From: Yuukianura sp. NJ FZ-2021
Lineage: Eukaryota
Length of the DNA stretch: 64,000 nt
Direction of reading: 5' to 3'
NCBI GenBank assembly: GCA_046563655.1
Contig: CM102287.1
Location: forward strand, 6,448,001 to 6,512,000
Below the pieces are notes generated by a model. The model was not told where the DNA came from. It did no database searches and saw nothing but the letters and a program-made list of their open reading frames with translations. Shown piece after piece: positions 56,683 through 64,000 of the stretch. The position numbers and the translations under genes were made by a program. The stretch's first letter is position 1; each line of letters begins with the position of its first letter.

Positions 56683-59098
56683 GGCATACTCCTTGGGTGT
56701 ATTACCAAAGACCTGGTGTACTATTAGAGACCTGGTGTACTATTTGGGACGGTGTACTAATTAATTTTTCGGGCCCTGGACCTGGTGTACTATTAGGGAC
56801 CTGGTGTACTATTTAGGTATGGTGTACTATTAGGGAAAATACGGTAGTTACTGATGGGTTGGTAATTACCATTTCATTATATTGTTATTTTGGTTATCTT
56901 TCAATTTGCTCAACGATACTTTTCTGATTAGTTGACGACGCTGGAGTCGTCTGGAAAGCCGCCTCAAGCGATAAAATGAACTTTCATTAGCTATTAGTTA
57001 AGTTTTATAAATAAAATAGCTAAAATTTCCAAAAAAGTAATCGCTAACCCTACCCCTTGACCAGGGTTGGATTTTTAACCTCGGGTTAGAGCTCAGTCAC
57101 CTTACCAGGTGTCACATTTTCGATTAAACATATGAAATCCTAACTTTTACTCGAGGGTAAAAGTTGAGTTGACCACGGGTTGAACCATTGGTCAAAGTAA
57201 TTTGAAAACTGCATTAAACATATGAAAACCTTACTTTGACCTGTGAGTCAAGGTAAGGTTACGCTTACTTTGGGATTAAGCATACGAGTGAGAGACAGAG
57301 AGTGAATTCTAGTCTGACGGTTTTCTCTCTGGTGGTGAGAGGTGAAAGTTAGTATAGTCGCGTGCTAAATACGCAAATACTTAAACGGAGCTTTGAAACT
57401 TCCAGAACTGAATCATCCCATATCTGATTATGAAGAATGCTTTATGGAAATATGAAACCCATAAACTGAATTCACGGAAAACTGTGCTTTGCAAAGTTTA
57501 GACGATATAGATATGTCGGCAAGGGCTTTTAGTAGTTGGTGTAAATTATATAGTACTAGCTTAGTCGTGTTTAGGTTGGATGGAATTACCAAGCAAGAAA
57601 CATTTGACGCCAATCCGTACTCCTAGATAGCTTTTGCTTCATGATTTCGTGCATCCGCGCATTAATTCCGCTTTCCGATACTTTCACTTCACTTTTGAAA
57701 CAAGAGCCCCTTTGAGTTTAAGGTTCAAGTTTAGTCTGCGTTCGTAGGTGGCGAATAGACTCAAAAGTTTAATTTATTTAATAGGATTCTCTCAAATTGA
57801 ACTTTCATAGTTAAAATACTGGAATCCCTACCATTTAACTTTACTTTTCATTCAGTACGGGCGAAAAGTCAAAAGAACGCAAAACATTATTTTGATTTGA
57901 AAGCTTCAACGATGGAAATGAAATAATAGTCCGAACATTGCAAATGCTTAGTGTTAAAGCCTAATCTACTTACTTATTAGAATGGCTTGTAAAAACGGGC
58001 AATCTGAGTAAATCTATTAGCAATTATGAGTTAACCATATAAGAGCCTAACCACAAATTGAATTTTGCTTTCTACACGCCAAGGGTAAGGCAGGAAGCTT
58101 TAAAGGACCCTATCATGGTCGAATATTTGATTAAGATGTCTGTATCAAGAACAGTAAATTTCAAAACATCAAAGAAAACTAAGATCAGTGAATGCTCGCG
58201 GAGATTCAATACGCACAGGGCACAAACACAGCAGAGATTTCCACCCTTTCACTTTCATCAGACCTCCATGATGTCCAAGTACGAAAAAACCCTCAGCACA
58301 GAAAGCCTGGCAAAATTCTGTTGAAGCCAATCCTGGAAATAGTTTCTGACAGATTCTTTGTCCGCCATGCTATTCCCTTCTTAATTAGAATATTTAACAA
58401 ATCAAGTTAGTAACAAACTGTTAAAGTGGCACATTGGTCTCGGGGTCATCACCTCAGCTTCCGTTTTTCACTTTTTTCACCACAGATTTCTACTTTGCCG
58501 GCACAATGAAATTGAAAAAATAAAATTGAGTCTTTGCAGATACGCCGTTCGTATCAAGATCAGCTCCGAAACCAATATGTCCTCCCAAGTCTTGAAGAAA
58601 TCAATCAAAACCTAAGAACAATCTCGACAAACTTTCAGATCCCGCGCTAGCCCCTCTTTAAGTTTACCCGAGGAATCAATTCAATGCTTCGATATTGCTT
58701 GTCTGTCTGTTGAGTCGTCAGTAGCAATTCGCTCCAAACTGGAACAACTTTAGTATTTGGGTAATACGTTTCCCACATTTTAACACCGATGAATATCGAA
58801 TGTTTACTATTGAATATCATCCTCGTGGGTCAAAGGTCAAAGTCAACCATTAGTCCATCATTAGTACGTTGATAGGTTCATCCACGAACGCTGCATTTTA
58901 GCCATTGCGATGCAAAAAATACTCGCGGCGTGTGAACCAAGCCTGATTTGTAAATTGTTGAATTGCTAAATATAAAAAAAAATCTAATAAATGCAGTGCA
59001 ACGGAATTTTTTTAAATCAGGATTTCCTCATTCTGTGCTCGTTAATTTTTTTTGAAAACTACTGGATGCTTAAGCTAGTAAGCTCAGTCAGTATTAAA

Positions 59099-61162
59099 AT
59101 GAACTCCACCACGGTGACAGTCTTTGTAACTGTAGCTTTATTTGTTCCCATAATATTCCACCCCGTTTACAGTGGCGGTATTTTCGGAAAGTTTGATCGC
59201 TTTGGAAAAGACAGGAGGATTTTACTGGGCCATCCACGAAATTACGGAATAAGTGCTTATTATAAGCATCCCGACGTAAGAGCAGATTGGTTTATCCGAA
59301 CTTTTATTTAAAAAAAAACATGTTAATTAGTTCGTAATTAATTGTTTTACTTTAATTATAATTTTCATTAAATGTTGGACTCTGCTCATCCTTAGAAACG
59401 TGGTACCTTATTGATCGGTGTATAGCGCGCGCTCGATCAGTTTTTTTTCTGCGCGAGGCAAAACACAAATAAAAGAAATTCTTCAAAGCTTTGAATTGAT
59501 GTTAAAAGCTTTCACAAAAAATGGCGGAAATTGTACAAAACCTTGCCAATTTTGTGCAAGGAATTCATCGGTTGCATTATGCAACTTGCATAATGCTGCC
59601 TTAGATCATGCACCGTTTGACGATATTAGAAAACTTTCAACGTCGATTCGTATCAAAATAGGCATTGGTTTCCAATTACTTCTGGAAATGATGATTTTGA
59701 CTTTTATTTGTGTGGCTACATTCGGAAAGTAATTGAAGTCGAATTCCTTGGCAGTGTCGCCGTTTGTTAATGTCTTTTACGTTTTTCTTAAAAACATTGT
59801 AGGGTGCGACGATAGTGAAGGAATCTCATTTCGAAACCGAATATGAGCTCGGAAGGAAAATTGTGTTTTTTTGTACCGCAGTTGGGAATCCACGGCCACA
59901 GATTACCTGGTAAGTTACCTGGCAGCACTGAAAGATAGAAACTACTCAGATCAAAAGTTCACTCACGTCAGTTCAACTTTCAGTCTGGATCGAAATCCAT
60001 CCATGGAAAAAATATTCAACGAATTCCTTTTCACACATTCTGCTGTGATGAATGAGAAAATTTTATCCATGGACTGGACATCCAGTAGATGGAAATTTTT
60101 TCCAGTTGTCCGGTGTGAACCCGCCATTAGTTTGGCTGGCATATTATGACATCACTCAACAGAAAATATTAGGATTACAATTTTGAGCCTTAGTCATACT
60201 TTTTACTAGACATTTTTCTTTTTAAAGGTATAAATACAATCATCGTATAAAAGATGGAGTGGAACTTTATGCTCATACATGGATGCAAATTCACGAATGG
60301 GTTGAGTCAGATACGCAACTGAAGTCAAAATTTGAAATCGACCCGGCAACTCAAATGGATAGAGGAGACTATGAGTGTTTAGCAGACAACAAGGTGGTCA
60401 ATCAAATGTTTTCCAATCAATCAATCAATGTCAAAGAATCAAGGTTTTGCGTAGTTCTCTTACACTCGCCTCATAAAATGATATAGAAGCTCCAAACAAG
60501 CTTCCAGTTCCAACTATGAAGGGATATTAGTAGCAGAACTATTTTACGTTTCCCCGCCAATTAAAGTTTCCCCAATTAACAAAGTTAACTTTCGCCCATT
60601 TATTTAATTGGCGAAAAGTTAACTTTAATTGGGGAAAGGTAAATCGGCGAAAAGTTAATTGGGGAAACTTGAAACGGCGAAAAAGTCTAAGCGTACGGTA
60701 AAAATCGTACGCTTAGAAAAACGTACGCTTAGAAAAACGTACGCTAAGAAATCGTACGCTTAGAAAGCATATGACAGATCCCGTACGAAATACCACCCTG
60801 AGATTCTGGGTGGTATCCTCGTGTTGCGCAGTTAAAGTGGCTCGTGTTCCTCAGATAAGCATTTGTTACATTCAAAATTTGACCTTAGACCACAGTCGAG
60901 ATCAAAGGTCGTGGTCACAAGTTTAAATGACAAAAATGAAAAAAAAACTCTACAAAAGCTATGTGCCATCCTGGAAAAAAAAAATACAGCGTGAACGCGC
61001 AACTCAGAGAAAGCAGAATACCTTTACAAGTTGCAACTACCAGAAATTCCGCGCGATAATTACCTTTAACTAGATTGAACTCTTGCTGATTAAATCTATG
61101 TTCTGTTATAGTGGGCAATCGACCGGCGACGGTTCAGAACGGACTACGGAGAAATGGATTAA
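59099..61162 (+). CDS. oig-4-like secreted single-immunoglobulin-domain protein (~166 aa)
   Basis: Exons 59099-59275, 59803-59909, 60228-60393, 61112-61162. A signal peptide is followed by 'GATIVKESHFETEYELGRKIVFFCTAVGNPRPQITW...DGVELY...KSKFEIDPATQMDRGDYECLADNKWAIDRRRFRTDY', the pattern of arthropod oig-4-type proteins. Confidence 0.88.
60541..60770. repeat. Intronic repeat module related to the arms of the 40443-41554 foldback
   Basis: Shares 'AAAAAGTCTAAGCGTACG' followed by four tandem CGTACGCT(T)AG units and a 'tagaa(t/a)gcat' ending. It is preceded by mirrored ccaatt/aattgg motifs. Confidence 0.75.
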
Positions 61163-61369
61163 TTGTGCGCCATCTTTCTATAGGAAACAAAAATCCACCA
61201 ACTTTATTAATCGAAATTAAGTGTTATGATTGTACCTCGAGTTGTGTCTTCTATAGCTAGATTATACATTAGCGTAAACAATCAATTAAATTCAATAATA
61301 AACTTTTGTAAACGGTGTACATAAGTAGCAATGTGACACGTTGACGTCTGACCTGGTACACTAACGGAG

Positions 61370-61747
61370 TCGGGCAGCGCGGGAAATGGGGTGGGTTCTG
61401 GTTTTTCCCGCCCCCGGGAAGAGTGGGGATGATTGGTTCCGCCACTTTCAGCCCGCCCCTGGGGGAGTGGCGTTGGGTTCCTCCCACTCCCCTCCTGGGG
61501 AGTGGTGGTGGGTGCCAGCACTCGCCTAGCAGGATGTTGAAAAACGTTTAACTTTGACCCGGAAGGTCACTTTGGGTCATGTCACGTATACAAAAGCGGT
61601 TGGTCTCGATGAGGCGAATAACCTTTGTAAAGGTCAGTTTCCATATTATCGGGGGATAAAACCGCTTGACCTTGACCTTTGACCAGCCAGACAGACAGAC
61701 AGACAGACAATGCCTACGCATAAAGTAGCTTCGCTACTTTACAATAG
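61370..61747 (+). mobile_element. Probable non-autonomous Helitron/Helentron (DINE-like) element; 5' boundary uncertain
   Basis: A (CAGA)n microsatellite at about 61688-61709, then the hairpin TAAAGTAGC-TTC-GCTACTTTA (61721-61741) just before the apparent end. The body is rich in TGACC/GGTCA motifs. Confidence 0.5.
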
Positions 61748-63366
61748 GAATGGGGGGAAGTAAAGCTGAAAGCCCCAACGTTTGATTTGATAATATTACG
61801 GCCTTTTAAAACGCGTAAAATGGAAATCAGCAAATGATAGCGCAAGAAATCCTAATGTGGAAACTGGTGCGAAGAACATCGTAACCCATATAATCGTTAA
61901 CAGGAAATTGTTTTAGAATTTTTTGATAAATTTTGTGAAAATTTTGGCAAGATATTTTTTAAAGTTTATTTATTGGGGCCAACAACACCTATAAATCAAC
62001 AATTTCGTCCGGAGATTCAATAAAATTTAAATCATCATTCGCATTTTTAAACGACTTACACCGAAAATGCTAAACAATGTGAACACATAAATTTTAAATA
62101 AGAAATTACTTTAAAGTGTATTTTCTAAACCAAATTGTAACGAATTGCATTGACATTTTTTTTACACAAAAATTCCCTTGATATTTGAAGGTAGCCTTTT
62201 ACCGAAATTTGTTTTAGTACGTCCGGGTAAATTTTACATACTTCGGTCGTACTTTACAATCTCAAACATAATATGGAAACCCCTATCAAAACCTACGACT
62301 TTCGTCGGGAACCTCAAAATGAAACTACGAAACTATAAAGTTAGGGTATTGCATATAAAAAAAAATTAATACAAAGAAAGTGTAAGGTTAACAGATATTA
62401 ATTGAGAACAGAAGAGAATTTGTCAATTTGAAAACTGAAATTACAACCAAAAAATGTAAATTGTTTAGTCTACTTAAACATAATAGAAGTATAAAACAGG
62501 ATTCATGCATGAAGTAATGTTGATTCCCTCCAAAATGTACAGTGTCCACTACAGATGTACATCACAATTATGTCTTTTAAAAAAAACTCTAAAGTTATAC
62601 CAGGCGCATAAATTCCAATAAAAAAAAAACAATTATAAAAGGAAATGATAAACCATTCTATTTTTGAGCTCAAGGACACCCCCTTATCAAAATTAATTGA
62701 GCAATGAAAAAGTAACTTGTGTTTCATCAGAAAAATACTTGTTTTATATATAAAGAATTGGCAACAATTTTCCAATTGCTCATTGTGTATCCCAATTTAT
62801 CAAAAACAATGAAAAGTTGTAAAATGATGTAGAAAGTTGGTTAAAAAATTGAACACTCTACCTTACATAGTAATGCCTACTTGAGAATCCAAATTCCCAA
62901 GTTATTAGAGTAGCATACAATCTAATGGATAAATTTTCAATTTAGGATAAAGCTGAAATCTATAAGAACTTGAGCCACGTATAAAAGTACAAAGATGTAA
63001 ACTACAGAGGTATAAAAATATTTACACAATAATTTAACTGTACAAACAACAACGCATTAAAAATTATGAAGGAATGACAGTGTAACCAACGTGTTGCAAA
63101 GATTAACCTAAGCAGAGGAAAGATTCGTAGCTCCCATTGGTGCGAATCTTCATCTCTCTCAACGCAGTTAACAAGATCAAAGGAAATCTGAACCCTATCG
63201 CAGTGATAGGAATGATTGCATTAAATTTGTGATTATTTGTTTTAGATCTAATCTGTGGGATGAAAATTTCTTTTGCAGGTTCGAATCGTCATGCACAAGC
63301 ACGGGCTGCCTCTAGTCCCAGTTCTCTTCGTCCATTCCATAGCTGTTGTGTCCAGGCTTTGAGGAA

Positions 63367-64000
63367 CTACTCTGATAGGTTGGAGCCTTTGGAAACTTCG
63401 GTTTGGGTCGAAGAGGTGGTTTTGAAGGAGCCATTCGGTTCTTTCCACCACTTCCGCCAGCTTTCCTCCGAATGTTGCGGCAGTTTCATTTGTCGGTCCA
63501 CTTTTATTGGAGGTGAAATGGTAAATGCCTTAGGCGTATCTGGCGGGAGTTCAAAAGTGAAGCCCATTTTAGGTTGTGATGAAGGGAGTCCCATAGCCAT
63601 AGCCATTGGCCTTCCATGACCTTCTCCTTCAACAGTTTCGCATCCTACAGTAGACAGCGTTGAATCGCTTTCGTCGCAGCTAACATAGTTAGGTGGAGCT
63701 CCCTTCAGCATCGATTCCATAAATCCAATTTGATTAGGATTCGTCATTTGTTCGTCCGTGGGGACCGGAAGTGGGGCTCCTGGTAGGCCGTGGGCAGTTA
63801 TAGCGTCGCTGTAGTTCTGTTCTGGTGGTTTCAACTGGAGTACGGGGTTTGCTGTCACTGCAAGTTTACGAATAAATGATCGAAATTGGTAATCGACCAA
63901 ATTTTTCTCCAGGAAATACAGCATGAACCAGTCTCCGTAGCTTATCTTCAAGGAGATGATTTTGTTGATACTGCGCGATTTTGTTTCCTTCCCACGAGAA
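63367..64000 (-). CDS. Innexin, 3'-terminal exon (gene continues beyond the window)
   Basis: The frame is open from the window edge: 'SINKIISLKISYGDWFMLYFLEKNLVDYQFRSFIRKLA', the innexin post-TM4 GDWFxL...N motif, followed by a long low-complexity tail. Confidence 0.8.
   Translation of the reverse strand, partial: SRGKETKSRSINKIISLKISYGDWFMLYFLEKNLVDYQFRSFIRKLAVTANPVLQLKPPEQNYSDAITAHGLPGAPLPVPTDEQMTNPNQIGFMESMLKGAPPNYVSCDESDSTLSTVGCETVEGEGHGRPMAMAMGLPSSQPKMGFTFELPPDTPKAFTISPPIKVDRQMKLPQHSEESWRKWWKEPNGSFKTTSSTQTEVSKGSNLSE

Larger units (their letters stand above)
55940..56844. mobile_element. Tc1/mariner-pogo-type MITE with TA TSD, hosting two nested CAGTG-type MITEs
   Basis: TA|CCGTATTTTCCC...GGGAAAATACGG|TA, with tandem GACCTGGTGTACTATTAG motifs near both ends. 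Confidence 0.85.

Noticed and set aside
63248..63619. Overlapping ORFs at the innexin 3' end suggesting frameshift or readthrough
   Set aside because: No slippery site or other support is visible; these are shadow ORFs of a GC-richer exon.

Overview
This is eukaryotic genomic DNA: AT-rich, with many GT-AG introns of about 60-80 nt and no prokaryotic features. The gene content points to an arthropod; a springtail-like hexapod is only my guess. Spliced genes assembled by hand, in order: (1) a three-Tudor-domain protein (+); (2) WTAP/fl(2)d (-); (3) an intact but strongly divergent Na,K-ATPase-alpha-type P2C pump (-); (4) a stand-alone MATH-like protein (-); (5) two CCHamide-receptor-like GPCR paralogues (-) with identical six-exon structure, with an apolipoprotein-L-like gene and an orphan C2H2/acidic gene between them; (6) a signal-peptide plus single-C2-domain gene, antisense and just upstream of the second receptor; (7) an oig-4-like single-Ig protein (+); (8) the 3' end of an innexin (-). 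Non-autonomous DNA transposons cluster at about 37.5-43.8 kb, 55.8-57.3 kb and 60.5-61.8 kb. Two observations stand out. First, the P2C ATPase keeps every catalytic motif but has lost four of the six canonical cation-binding carboxylates. Second, two abutting foldback elements have overlapping 6-bp target-site duplications, and one of them has near-perfect ~418-bp arms mirrored exactly around a captured MITE. All identifications come from motif recognition by eye; no searches were run.
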